A stretch of DNA of 56,604 nucleotides from Planctomycetaceae bacterium (GCA_947480055.1 CANKBX010000001.1:1-56604); one strand, 5' to 3'; shown: positions 46,519 to 56,268, numbered from the stretch's first letter. Notes: generated by a model from the letters alone, not told the origin. Program-made: numbers and translations.

Positions 46519-47861
46519 TTGGGTTGAACCACTGGAGTTGTCTCGGAATGTGTTGGGCTTGCCGAGACCGGCGCGGTTGCGGCCGGCGTCGCGGTGGGTT
46601 CGACCACAGGGGCAACAAGTTCCCCGGAAAGTAAATCATTCTGCGACATCTGCGCCAACCACAGTTGGCTGGAGCGGCCGGCGCCTCGTTGGCTTGTCCA
46701 CATCAATAATTTTCCATCGTGACTGATCGCAGGCAAAAGATCCGCGCCCCCCGCATGCGTCACGCGCCTTGGTTGACCAAGCGGCGCCGCGCGATCGGCG
46801 GGAACAGGCACGGCCAGAAGTTCATAATTGTCGTGACCCACGCGGCTTGATGCGTAAACAATCACCTTGCCATTGGGCGAAAAATACGGCGCCCAATTCA
46901 CAGCTCCATCATTGGTCACGGCGATGGGTTCGCCAATTCCAACGACCGCGCCCGTGGAATCAAACACAACGTCCGCGACGAAAATTTGCAGCAAATTGTC
47001 GGCATTTCTGTCGGCTCGCCAAACAATCTTCTTGCCATCGGGGCTGAAAAATCCGCCGCCGTCATAGCCCGCGAACGCGGTGAGCCGCGTGATTTTTTTT
47101 GTGGGAAGATCCATGGCGTACAAATCGCCGTCGCCGCTTTCAAGGGTTGTGTAAAGCAACGTTCGTCCATCGGGACTTGTGGAACATTCGGCGGCGTACG
47201 CCTTGCCATCACCCACAAGCGTCTTCAAACTTTCGGCGTTGATCTCCTGCGCGCTCAAATCCACTTCAACCACGCGCATCTCTGGCGGAAAACTCCAACG
47301 ATAATTTCTGGTGCCCCGTTGATATCCCGGCGTCTCTTGCTTGGCGGGCGCGGTGATTGTGCTGGCAAAGATCAACTTATTGGGATCGGTGGGATGAAAC
47401 CAACCGCAAGTATTCGCGCTACCAATTGGGCTGATGCGTCGGATGTGCTTCAAGCGATATCGGCGCAGGTCGGGTCCGAAAGATTGCCCTTTTCCCTCGT
47501 CGCGCAACTGCGCCACATACATGCTGTAATACTCGCTCTCAGGATTGCCCTGCGCGTCATGTTCAATGGCTTGAAATACAATTTGCGTGGCGTCTGAATT
47601 AAAATAAGCCTCGCCCGCTTTCACAAATCGCTCGGAAAGAGTGAGTTGCATTTGATGCGACAACACACCCTCGAACTTGCGCCAATCCGATGAATCTTTT
47701 TGGGGGCTTTTCGCCTCGTTGTTGAAACCCCGCGTGATAGGCGCCGCCGTTTCAGGCTTTACACCGCTTGCCGCGGAAGTTTGCCCCAAGGCGCACATGA
47801 AGATAATGATCAATGTCATAATCAACAAGTGTACGCCTTGCCACTTCTGCTTTCTGCTCAA
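46515..47861 (-). CDS. Secreted TolB-like PD40/WD40 beta-propeller protein
   Basis: 448 aa. TTG start with a charged n-region and a hydrophobic signal. Repeated SPDG(K/R)-type blades (SPDGRTLLYT, FFSPDGKKIVW, YFSPNGKVIVY, ISHDGKLLMW). Confidence 0.75.
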   Translation of the reverse strand: MSRKQKWQGVHLLIMTLIIIFMCALGQTSAASGVKPETAAPITRGFNNEAKSPQKDSSDWRKFEGVLSHQMQLTLSERFVKAGEAYFNSDATQIVFQAIEHDAQGNPESEYYSMYVAQLRDEGKGQSFGPDLRRYRLKHIRRISPIGSANTCGWFHPTDPNKLIFASTITAPAKQETPGYQRGTRNYRWSFPPEMRVVEVDLSAQEINAESLKTLVGDGKAYAAECSTSPDGRTLLYTTLESGDGDLYAMDLPTKKITRLTAFAGYDGGGFFSPDGKKIVWRADRNADNLLQIFVADVVFDSTGAVVGIGEPIAVTNDGAVNWAPYFSPNGKVIVYASSRVGHDNYELLAVPVPADRAAPLGQPRRVTHAGGADLLPAISHDGKLLMWTSQRGAGRSSQLWLAQMSQNDLLSGELVAPVVEPTATPAATAPVSASPTHSETTPVVQPK

Positions 47862-47911
47862 GTTTCATTTCCACAACGCGAGCAATTTCACCGCATCTTT
47901 TTCCCTGAATC

Positions 47912-48583
47912 ATGAGCGAGCCCAACATGACTCAAGACGGATTTCGTGTGATTCACGCCCAACACGATTTTGTCGTGCTTGAAAAAGCGTCGGGATTGCT
48001 TTCGGTGCCTGGCATTGGCGCGCACAACGCGGATTGCTTGGCAACTCGCGTCGCGCTTGTATTTCCTGGCGCGCGAAACGTGCATCGCCTTGATCAACAC
48101 ACCAGTGGGTTGATCGTGATGGCGCTCAACACCGAAAGTCACCGCGCGCTCAGCATGTTGTTTGAGGCGCGACTCGTGACAAAGGCTTATCACGCCATCG
48201 CATTTGGACACCCCGCGCAAGACTCCGGCGAAATCAACTTGCCGCTGCGTAAAGAAGCCCTAGGTAGCGCGCGCCAAATTGTGTGCCACGCGCAAGGCAA
48301 GGCAAGCGTGACACGATGGAAAGTTGAAGCATTGCTTGATCATGTTCCGGCTTTCGTGGCCACTTCGCGCGAAACTTGTCGCTGCACGCGATTTCGCTTG
48401 GAGCCAATGACAGGCCGCAGCCATCAATTGCGCGTGCATTTGTTGGCGCTTGGCCAGCCAATTCTTGGCGATGATTTGTATGCGCCAGACGAGGTGAAAA
48501 AAATGGCGACACGCTTGTGCTTGCACGCAAGCGAATTATCCTGGGACAACTACGCGTTCACCGCGGCGCACCCATTTCATTGA
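47912..48583 (+). CDS. RluA-family pseudouridine synthase
   Basis: 223 aa. Catalytic motif HRLDQHTSGLIV, plus TGRSHQLRVH. Confidence 0.9.
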   Translation: MSEPNMTQDGFRVIHAQHDFVVLEKASGLLSVPGIGAHNADCLATRVALVFPGARNVHRLDQHTSGLIVMALNTESHRALSMLFEARLVTKAYHAIAFGHPAQDSGEINLPLRKEALGSARQIVCHAQGKASVTRWKVEALLDHVPAFVATSRETCRCTRFRLEPMTGRSHQLRVHLLALGQPILGDDLYAPDEVKKMATRLCLHASELSWDNYAFTAAHPFH

Positions 48584-48605
48584 TATTCATTGATGCAGCG
48601 CAACA

Positions 48606-50648
48606 TCACGTGTCGCGTTGCGCTGGGGTGGCCAAAGCATTTCCATGCGCTTGCAGATATCGACCCAAAGCCATCAGTGGAAAATAAAGTCGGTATAAGT
48701 GGTATCGCAAATAAAATACTTTTGGAAATCCCGTGCCCGTGAATTCAGTTTCGCGCCATGACCCAGCCGGGTCGCCGTCGGGGTTTTTTAGCGGATTTTG
48801 CGCGTCAATTTCACTCAGTTGCGTTTGCGCCAGCCACGCCAGCGCGCGCGCAAGATCTGCGTCATTGGCGCCGTAAATCTCCTGCAGGATCATCGCGCCC
48901 CACGCGGTTTGACTCGCGGTGCTCTCGCCTTGGCCTTTCAGGGAGGCATCCAAATAACTATTGGCGCTCTCGCCAAAACTACCGTCTGGTTTTTGCACCG
49001 ACTTAATCCACGCTCCCGCGTTTGCGATCCAAGATTCCGTGCGCGGCACGCCGCAGCGGATTGGACCAATCACCGCTTGCCATGTTCCGTAAATATAATT
49101 CACGCCCCAGCGGCCAAAGAAGCAACCCTCTGGTTCTTGCTTTGACTTGATGTACTCCACGGCGCCGCGCACCGCCGGATGATCGCTTTTGATTCCATGC
49201 CAACTCAAACATTCAAGCACGCGCCCAGTGATGTCGGGGCAACTTGGATCTTGAATAGCGTTGTGATCCGCGAAAGGAACATACTCATAAATTTTGCGAT
49301 CTTGCGTGCGATCAAACGCCGCCCAACCACCATCATTATTTTGCATGGACAACATCCATTGCACGCCGCGCAGAGCCGCCGATTCATTGGTTGGTCCGCC
49401 GATGCGCTTCAGGGCCATGGCCACCATCGCGGTGTCATCCACATCTGGATACCAAGCGTTGGCGTATTCAAAAAACCAGCCCGCGGGCGCGGTGCCAAGC
49501 TTTGTATTTTCAGCCCAATCGCCGCGAAATCGGCATTCTTTAGCGCGCAACCAATCGCCCGCACCTTCAACCGCGGCGTCGGACACGGTGAATCCGCAAT
49601 CGGCCAGCGCGTACAAAGCGATGCCCGTGTCCCACACTGGACTAAAGCACGGCTGAATACGAATGCGGTCGCCTTGTTCAATAAAAAATTCATCCAGTTC
49701 ATTTTCCGCGCGAACCACCATGGCGTCACCGCGACGAACACCTAAAGCGTGGAACACGATTTGGATATACACCATTGGCGGAAAGATGGCTCCAAGACCG
49801 CTTGTGGGCGCGGGCAAATCTTGACCACAACGAATTGCGCTCCAACGAAACGCCGCCGCAATGGCGCGCTTGCGCCAATTGGTTCCCAGAACGGTGTGCG
49901 CCAATTTCATGGCGCGATCCGTGGCGTGGAAAAAAATTCGCCAGCCGAGCGGCACATCTTGGCGCATTTTCAAACGATGTCGAGCGCCTTCATCCACAAA
50001 GAGTTCGTCAATTCCTTGGTCCGCCCTTAAATGGCGCGTTGGGCGAAGCGTGGCCACGATGGCCAGTGGCAACAACATGGTGCGGCTCCACGCGCTCATT
50101 TTGCTTAAGTGAAAATAAAACCACTTAGGAGCCCAAACTAATTCTGGTGGAATCGCCGGCACCGCATTCCACGAAATTTGCCCCAGACAGGCCAGGTAGA
50201 AATTTGAAAAACTATTGCAACATTCAGCCCCGCCCAAGGCACGGACCGTATCGCGGGCCTTCTTCATGTGCGGAGCATCCGGCGAATCTCCATGCAATTT
50301 AAGGCAAAAATAGCCTTTTACTGTGGCGCTTAAATCAACGTCGGAACCTGGATATTGTCCCCAACCACCATCCGGTCGCTGCTGATCCCTAAGTTGCCGG
50401 ACCAATTTCAACAAGGTGTCGGCGCCACGACCATCCACCATGGGCGCCGACTCTTGCGACAAAATCCATTTCATAAGCAGATATTCGCTTTGCAAAATGG
50501 AATCGCCTTGCAGTTCGGCGCACCAATGTCCATCCGTTTTTTGCAAGGAGCGAAGCGCGCGGTTGGCGGCTTGGGCACACGCGCGCAATGTGTGCAGGCT
50601 CGGGTTATCCGTGGCCGCTATTTGCGTTGAAGCTGTTTGCGAATTCAT
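48606..50648 (-). CDS. shc: Squalene-hopene cyclase
   Basis: 680 aa. Catalytic motif YPDVDDTA and several QW repeats (QQRPDGGWG, QNNDGGWAAF, VQKPDGSFGE). Confidence 0.93.
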   Translation of the reverse strand: MNSQTASTQIAATDNPSLHTLRACAQAANRALRSLQKTDGHWCAELQGDSILQSEYLLMKWILSQESAPMVDGRGADTLLKLVRQLRDQQRPDGGWGQYPGSDVDLSATVKGYFCLKLHGDSPDAPHMKKARDTVRALGGAECCNSFSNFYLACLGQISWNAVPAIPPELVWAPKWFYFHLSKMSAWSRTMLLPLAIVATLRPTRHLRADQGIDELFVDEGARHRLKMRQDVPLGWRIFFHATDRAMKLAHTVLGTNWRKRAIAAAFRWSAIRCGQDLPAPTSGLGAIFPPMVYIQIVFHALGVRRGDAMVVRAENELDEFFIEQGDRIRIQPCFSPVWDTGIALYALADCGFTVSDAAVEGAGDWLRAKECRFRGDWAENTKLGTAPAGWFFEYANAWYPDVDDTAMVAMALKRIGGPTNESAALRGVQWMLSMQNNDGGWAAFDRTQDRKIYEYVPFADHNAIQDPSCPDITGRVLECLSWHGIKSDHPAVRGAVEYIKSKQEPEGCFFGRWGVNYIYGTWQAVIGPIRCGVPRTESWIANAGAWIKSVQKPDGSFGESANSYLDASLKGQGESTASQTAWGAMILQEIYGANDADLARALAWLAQTQLSEIDAQNPLKNPDGDPAGSWRETEFTGTGFPKVFYLRYHLYRLYFPLMALGRYLQAHGNALATPAQRDT

Positions 50649-50692
50649 GCGAATGAAAAAGTATAACGAGCGCCGCCACGCGCTCCAACTTT

Positions 50693-51922
50693 CTAAATTG
50701 CGTCAGTTCGCATCCAGCATCGCTCGCGCGCGCTGATCATTGCGGCTTCTAGAACTTGTTGGGTTCGATAAGCGTCCACAAAATCAGCCAGCGGTTGCTC
50801 TGGCTCGCCCCCCGCCAACACCGCGCAAATATCCGCGGCCATGCTGATAAATCCATGCTCATAACCAAGCACATGTCCTGGTGGCCAATAGTGGTCGATA
50901 TATGGATGCGACGGATCAGTGCACAAAATGCGGCTCCAACCCTGCTCGCGCGCTGGCAATGTGTCGTCCCACCATTGCAATTCGTTCATGCGCTCAAAAT
51001 CAAATTTCACGCTGCCAAATTCCCCATTCACCTCCATGTGATTGGCATTTTTATTTCCCGTAGCCATTCGACTGGCCTCGAAACTTGCGACCGCGCCATT
51101 GTGCATGCGCGCAAGAAACAAGAACGCATCATCCACCGTGCATGCTTGCCGCTTGGCGCCTCGTTTACTTTTTTGCGCGCCCAATCCCAATCTTTTTGAA
51201 CTCGCCGTCACCACGGCTCGCTCTTGAATAAATTGCGCCTCCATTGCGCCACACACTTCCACAATTTCATCGCCCGTGACAAATCGCGCCATGTCAATCA
51301 AGTGCGCGTTCAAATCACCGTGCGCGCCGCTGCCCGCAAGCTTTGAATCAAAGCGCCAAGAGTGCGGCGTGCTGTCTCGGCCCCAATCTTGCAAATACTG
51401 CGCGCGGATATGTCGAATACGACCCAAGCGACCTTGTTGAATAAGTTCGCGCATAAGCGATACCGCGGCACATCTGCGATAGTTGAACCACACAAAAGTT
51501 CGCACGCCTTTCTTGGCTCCAAGCGCGGCCAAAGCCATGTCGCGCGCATCAGTGATCGTGTTGGCGAGCGGTTTTTCGCAAGCGACATGCTTGCCCGCCT
51601 TCAACGCCGCGATGGAAATCTCGGCATGCAAATAATTTGGAACACAGACATCCACCAAGCCAACTTGCGGGTCCTTGATCAGGCGCTCCCAGCTTTGCGC
51701 CGACTTTAAAACACCCCATTTCGCAGCAAATTCATTGGATTCACTCGCGTGTCCACCGGCCACAGCCGCCAACCTGGGTCGACACTTCAGATTAAAAAAT
51801 AGTGGCGACTGCCGCCATGCATTGGCGTGGACGCGCCCCATGAATCCCGCTCCAACAAGACCAATTCCAACTTCTCGCATGGACTTCGTTTTCAAACTTC
51901 GTTTGGATTTTGTTTTTTTCAT
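50693..51922 (-). CDS. Gfo/Idh/MocA family oxidoreductase
   Basis: 409 aa. NAD-binding motif IGLVGAGFMGRVHA. The true start may be the internal ATG at 51880 (MREVGIG). Confidence 0.85.
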   Translation of the reverse strand: MKKTKSKRSLKTKSMREVGIGLVGAGFMGRVHANAWRQSPLFFNLKCRPRLAAVAGGHASESNEFAAKWGVLKSAQSWERLIKDPQVGLVDVCVPNYLHAEISIAALKAGKHVACEKPLANTITDARDMALAALGAKKGVRTFVWFNYRRCAAVSLMRELIQQGRLGRIRHIRAQYLQDWGRDSTPHSWRFDSKLAGSGAHGDLNAHLIDMARFVTGDEIVEVCGAMEAQFIQERAVVTASSKRLGLGAQKSKRGAKRQACTVDDAFLFLARMHNGAVASFEASRMATGNKNANHMEVNGEFGSVKFDFERMNELQWWDDTLPAREQGWSRILCTDPSHPYIDHYWPPGHVLGYEHGFISMAADICAVLAGGEPEQPLADFVDAYRTQQVLEAAMISARERCWMRTDAI

Positions 51923-52019
51923 AACGCCACATCATCTTTAAGTTGAATCCTTCAACGATGAATTCGCACACTGCGATCCACGCCCGCCGTATGCTAACGG
52001 CTCAACTCAAGGAGCTTCC

Positions 52020-53315
52020 ATGTCATCAATCGAAACCCGTCTTGAACACATCGAACTACAACTGCAACTGATCAAGCAACAACGCCGCCGTGAACGAGGC
52101 CTGGGTTTGATCTGCGCCACATTGCTCGGCGCCGCGGCTCTTGTGGGCTTCACACGCTCGCCTGTGCCCGAAGTGATTCAGGCCAGCCGACTGGAAATTT
52201 TAGACTCCGAAGGAAAAATCACCTGTCTGCTTTCAAACACTCCAAACGGTGGACAACTTGATGTGTGGAGCAAGGGCGGCGCCAACATCGCGCGAATTTC
52301 TTCCAGTGAATCAGGTGGAGATCTTGCGCTTTGGAATTCCGCGGGCAAGCCAGTGGCTGGAATTTTTGCAAACAGCACAGGTGGTCGCGTTGAAGTCACG
52401 CGAGGCTCAGGGCAAATCGCCGCCTATATGGAGGCCACCAACGATGGATCGGACTTTGTGTTGACGCGCAGCGACAGCGAGGAAAGCTCCTTGCAACTCA
52501 GCGTGAACGCCCAACGAACCGTGGGCACTGTGCATAGCTCAAACGGCAAACAGGCGGTGCGATTTGGCGCCAGCGCAAATGGCGCGGCCTTCAGCGTGCT
52601 GGACGATTCTGAAAAAGAAGTCGCATATGTAGGTTCCGACGCCAAACATGCGGGCATGTTTCGCATCGCGGGCACCAACGGAACCACCGCCGTTGAATGC
52701 GGCGTGAATGAGAACGGTGGCGAATTTCGCATCGCAACCACAAAAGGAAAGACAGCTGTTGAATGCGGCGTGAACGAGAACGGTGGTCAATTTCTTATCG
52801 CTGACACAAATGGAACCACCGCTGTTGAATGCAAAGTGAACGATGGTGGTGGCGAACTCGCGGTGCGTGAAACCAACGGAGATGGCGGCTGCATCTTTGG
52901 CAACACCACCATGCGCGGAGGATTCACTGAAATCCGAAATCATGATGGCAAAGCCGCTGTCTCATTTGAAGTGCAAGAAAATCTTGGCGGACGCGCCACC
53001 GTCCGCACCGCAACTGGGCAAATCGCCGCGTTGATGGATCAAGGCAAGGAAGAAAGCGGCACAGTGCAGGTTTACGCTGGCGCCACACGCGTGGCGGCTT
53101 TGGGTGGCGGACCCACTGGCGGACTTCTCAATCTCTTCAATATGAAGGGCAAAGCCGTGGTTGTGACTGGCGCGGCATCGGATACCGACGGCGGGTTGCT
53201 GAGTTTGCGCAATAGCAGCGGGCAACAAACGGTGCGCGCCGCGGCTGAACCAAGCGGTGAAGTGGGAAGTTATTCCAGCGATGGCATGCGTAAACGTATT
53301 TTGATCGCGCCCTAA
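52020..53315 (+). CDS. Membrane-anchored repeat protein of unknown function (about 16 tandem 21-22-aa units)
   Basis: 431 aa. GGAG lies upstream of the ATG. It has an N-terminal coiled-coil-like segment, one TM segment (LGLICATLLGAAALVGF), then units resembling xDxxGKxAVxxxxxxxGGxLxV. Three adjacent units are near-identical (TAVECGVNENGG). Confidence 0.8.
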   Translation: MSSIETRLEHIELQLQLIKQQRRRERGLGLICATLLGAAALVGFTRSPVPEVIQASRLEILDSEGKITCLLSNTPNGGQLDVWSKGGANIARISSSESGGDLALWNSAGKPVAGIFANSTGGRVEVTRGSGQIAAYMEATNDGSDFVLTRSDSEESSLQLSVNAQRTVGTVHSSNGKQAVRFGASANGAAFSVLDDSEKEVAYVGSDAKHAGMFRIAGTNGTTAVECGVNENGGEFRIATTKGKTAVECGVNENGGQFLIADTNGTTAVECKVNDGGGELAVRETNGDGGCIFGNTTMRGGFTEIRNHDGKAAVSFEVQENLGGRATVRTATGQIAALMDQGKEESGTVQVYAGATRVAALGGGPTGGLLNLFNMKGKAVVVTGAASDTDGGLLSLRNSSGQQTVRAAAEPSGEVGSYSSDGMRKRILIAP

Positions 53316-53317
53316 TA

Positions 53318-53365
53318 AATCACTTGATGAATCACTGAATGAATCAATTGATCAATCACTTGCGC
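53318..53365. repeat. 12-bp tandem array, four copies (AATCACTTGATG / AATCACTGAATG / AATCAATTGATC / AATCACTTGCGC)
   Basis: AATCA recurs at 53318, 53330, 53342 and 53354, an exact 12-bp phase. The array sits in the convergent intergenic spacer directly after the TAATAA stop. Confidence 0.8.
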
Positions 53366-53408
53366 GCAAATGCGACGTGTTCCAAACATCCGCTGCGATG
53401 AGTCGCTC

Positions 53409-53813
53409 TCAAGCAACTGGCGTGAATGTCGCGCCGGATTGCGCGTAGAAATTCACCATGTCGCCCGCGTTAAAATCCGCCGCGCTTTGGCCGTCAAATG
53501 GCTCAACCCACATAGGCACAACCACCTCGCACAGCAAACGGTTTTTTGCAAGATCAATCGCCAACACGCGCGCCTGCACAACTCGTGGGTGCCCGTAAAT
53601 TGGCTCGATGAAGGAACCACCCGCGCTTGCCTTGTGCATCCGCAGCGCCTTGATGTCGATCACGCCTTGAATTCTCTTGCCAACGTGCGCGGAGGTCTTT
53701 CCACTGCACACAAGGTGAATTTGATAATCGGTGGACGGAATCGCCAGGATGATTTTGTCGCCATCCAATTGTTGAAGAACGGCGCGGGTGAGATCGCTGG
53801 CGGTGCTTTGCAT
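53409..53813 (-). CDS. Hypothetical protein
   Basis: 134-aa ORF with an ATG start, 10 nt downstream of the pabA/trpG stop on the same strand. I recognise no motif. Confidence 0.55.
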   Translation of the reverse strand: MQSTASDLTRAVLQQLDGDKIILAIPSTDYQIHLVCSGKTSAHVGKRIQGVIDIKALRMHKASAGGSFIEPIYGHPRVVQARVLAIDLAKNRLLCEVVVPMWVEPFDGQSAADFNAGDMVNFYAQSGATFTPVA

Positions 53814-53823
53814 GGGAATCAGT

Positions 53824-54420
53824 TTAGCGCACCACCGCGGACATGGCTAAAAAATTCGACAACAACTTTGGTCCGTCGGGCGTTAAAAAACTTTCGGGAT
53901 GAAACTGCACGCCCTCCATCGGAGCCTCACCTGGCTTGATTCGCAGGCGAATTCCCATGATAATTCCATCATCGGTTTGGGCGCTCACCTCAAACTCGCT
54001 CGAGAGAGTGGCCGGATCAATCACCAACGAGTGATAGCGCGTGGCTTGAAATGGCTGCGGCATTTCCAGAAAAACTCCGCGCCCATCGTGATGAATTTGG
54101 CTGGTCTTGCCATGCATGGGTTTGTCGGCGCGGCGCACCGTCATGCCGTGGCAATCACCAATCGTTTGATGCCCAAGACACACGCCCAAAATTGGAATGC
54201 GCCCGCGAAAATATTGAATCAACTCCGCGCTCACGCCGGCCTCTTTGGGAGTGCATGGCCCCGGTGAAATCACAAGATGCGTTGGCTTCATGGCCGCCGC
54301 GCGCTCGCAATCAATGGCGTCATTGCGAACAACGTCCACACGTAAACCAGGGCGCGCCTCTTGCATGCGGTGCGCCAAGTTCCAAGTGAATGAATCATAA
54401 TTATCGATCAGCAGAACCAC
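53824..54420 (-). CDS. Glutamine amidotransferase, anthranilate / aminodeoxychorismate synthase component II
   Basis: 198 aa with a GTG start. LLIDNYDSFTWNL, catalytic GVCLGHQ and FHPES. Confidence 0.93.
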   Translation of the reverse strand: MVLLIDNYDSFTWNLAHRMQEARPGLRVDVVRNDAIDCERAAAMKPTHLVISPGPCTPKEAGVSAELIQYFRGRIPILGVCLGHQTIGDCHGMTVRRADKPMHGKTSQIHHDGRGVFLEMPQPFQATRYHSLVIDPATLSSEFEVSAQTDDGIIMGIRLRIKPGEAPMEGVQFHPESFLTPDGPKLLSNFLAMSAVVR

Positions 54421-54451
54421 GCCACGATGCTAGCGAAGCGTGCCTCGCTGT

Positions 54452-55249
54452 TCAGGCGGCTTCTTCCGCAGTGCCCGCCACGCCATCACGCGTGACAAGA
54501 AACAGCGAACTGGTGATTGGATATGGAAGCCGTTGATAATCGCGGCCAATGCGCCGCGAAATGCGCTCCACAAAATTGGGCGGATTGCATGTCATGGCCA
54601 CGAACATGTCGCGTGCCGGGGTGGCAACAAAAAAGTCGCCGCCGAGTTGCGGAGCCAGTTTCAGATGCAGCGAATCAAGCAACAACCGCGCGGCGTCGTA
54701 TCCATCTTGCAACGCCACAATCGCGGCCTTGCCGCCATCCTCGCCTTCGACAATGCGCACCTTCAACTCCGGCGCGTAGCGGGCCAAATTTTCCCGAGCC
54801 AAGATTTCCAAATCATCCAATTGAACTCCCCAGCGCACCATCTGCTCCACCGTCACGCTCACGGTGACATGCGGCATGTCAATCACAAACACAACAACTG
54901 TTTCATTGACAAATGGAATGTGCGCCACTTGCTCACGGTCGAGGTGCGTGAAAATACTTTCAGGTTGAATGCGCGGCATGATGCGATTGCGCACCAAGGA
55001 AAACGGCATGGGAAGACCGCCAATGGAATCGCCCTCCATCAATTTGTCGATGTAGCTTTCCACAATGTCCTCGGCGCGCGCGGGATCCTGTTTGGCGATT
55101 CGCCAAAGATTTTCCAACCCAAGGTGCCTTCCATCAATCACCAAATCCATTGGACCGGCGATTTCAAACTTGTGGCTGGACCATTGTCGAAGAAAAATTC
55201 TCTTGACAAAGCCTGTAAAATCCTCGGGATTCATAGGAAATGCTTCCAT
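54452..55249 (-). CDS. Hypothetical protein, possibly DUF1444 (YtpQ-like)
   Basis: The ORF is open from a GTG at 55306. The ATG at 55249 (MEAFPMNPEDF) is preceded by GGAG. The family assignment rests on a weak impression only. Confidence 0.45.
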   Translation of the reverse strand: MEAFPMNPEDFTGFVKRIFLRQWSSHKFEIAGPMDLVIDGRHLGLENLWRIAKQDPARAEDIVESYIDKLMEGDSIGGLPMPFSLVRNRIMPRIQPESIFTHLDREQVAHIPFVNETVVVFVIDMPHVTVSVTVEQMVRWGVQLDDLEILARENLARYAPELKVRIVEGEDGGKAAIVALQDGYDAARLLLDSLHLKLAPQLGGDFFVATPARDMFVAMTCNPPNFVERISRRIGRDYQRLPYPITSSLFLVTRDGVAGTAEEAA

Positions 55250-55376
55250 GCTTTCAACTCCTGAAACGGTCCACCGCCACACGCGTCCGATACGCTCGGC
55301 TCGCACATCACATACGGTGTATTACAACTTTTATACTGTCGGGTGAAATTCCTAAAAAACCGTAAAATGAACGATT

Positions 55377-56204
55377 ATGTCCCACCAAAACGATGTTCTT
55401 GAAACGTTTTTCGCCCATCCGCACCAACGCCTGCTTGTCATTGGCGGTCCATGCGTGTTGGAGTCCGACGCCATCAATCAACAGATTGGCGAAACACTGC
55501 GCGACACGTGCAAAGAATTGGGATTAAGTTTTGTTTTCAAAGCCAGCTTTGACAAGGCCAACCGTTCAAGCGTGAGGAGCCCGCGCGGGCCCGGAATCAA
55601 GTCGGGCTTGGAGCGCTTGGGGAAATTGCGCGAGTCGCTTGGCGTTCCAGTGACCACGGATATTCACGATGCCAGTCAATGCCAAGCCGTCGCCCAAGTC
55701 GTTGACATGTTGCAAGTGCCGGCGTTTCTATGTCGACAAACAGATTTACTTTTGGCCGCGGCCGACACCGGCAAACCGGTGAATGTGAAGAAGGGCCAAT
55801 TCATGAGTCCCGCGGAAATGGGACATGTGGTTGCGAAAGTTCGCGAAGGCGGTTGCCGCATGATCATGCTCACCGAACGCGGAACAACGTTTGGCTACAA
55901 CCGATTGGTGAATGACTTCATGGGTATTGGTGATTTAATGGAATTGGAAGTTCCAATTTGCTTTGACGCGACACACAGCACGCAGCTTCCAGGCGCGGAA
56001 GGTGAACGCACGGGTGGCCGTCCAGAACGCGCTCCTTTATTGGCAAAAGCTGCTGTTGCCGTGGGCGTTTCCGCTATTTTTATTGAATGCCATCCTGAAC
56101 CCGCCAAGGCACTGAGCGATGTCAGCACCATGCTGCCGCTGAGCAGCGTGCCTCAATTATTAAAAACACTCGACGCGATTCGCCGCGCCACAAACAATGG
56201 CTGA
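55377..56204 (+). CDS. kdsA: 3-deoxy-8-phosphooctulonate (KDO-8-P) synthase
   Basis: 275 aa. Motifs GPCVLES, FKASFDKANRSS, QVPAFLCRQTDLL and FDATHS. Confidence 0.93.
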   Translation: MSHQNDVLETFFAHPHQRLLVIGGPCVLESDAINQQIGETLRDTCKELGLSFVFKASFDKANRSSVRSPRGPGIKSGLERLGKLRESLGVPVTTDIHDASQCQAVAQVVDMLQVPAFLCRQTDLLLAAADTGKPVNVKKGQFMSPAEMGHVVAKVREGGCRMIMLTERGTTFGYNRLVNDFMGIGDLMELEVPICFDATHSTQLPGAEGERTGGRPERAPLLAKAAVAVGVSAIFIECHPEPAKALSDVSTMLPLSSVPQLLKTLDAIRRATNNG

Positions 56205-56268
56205 ATTTATACATAATTGCCGCGCGATCAATCAGACGCGGCGCCGCTGTTGCCTATAATAAACCCGC

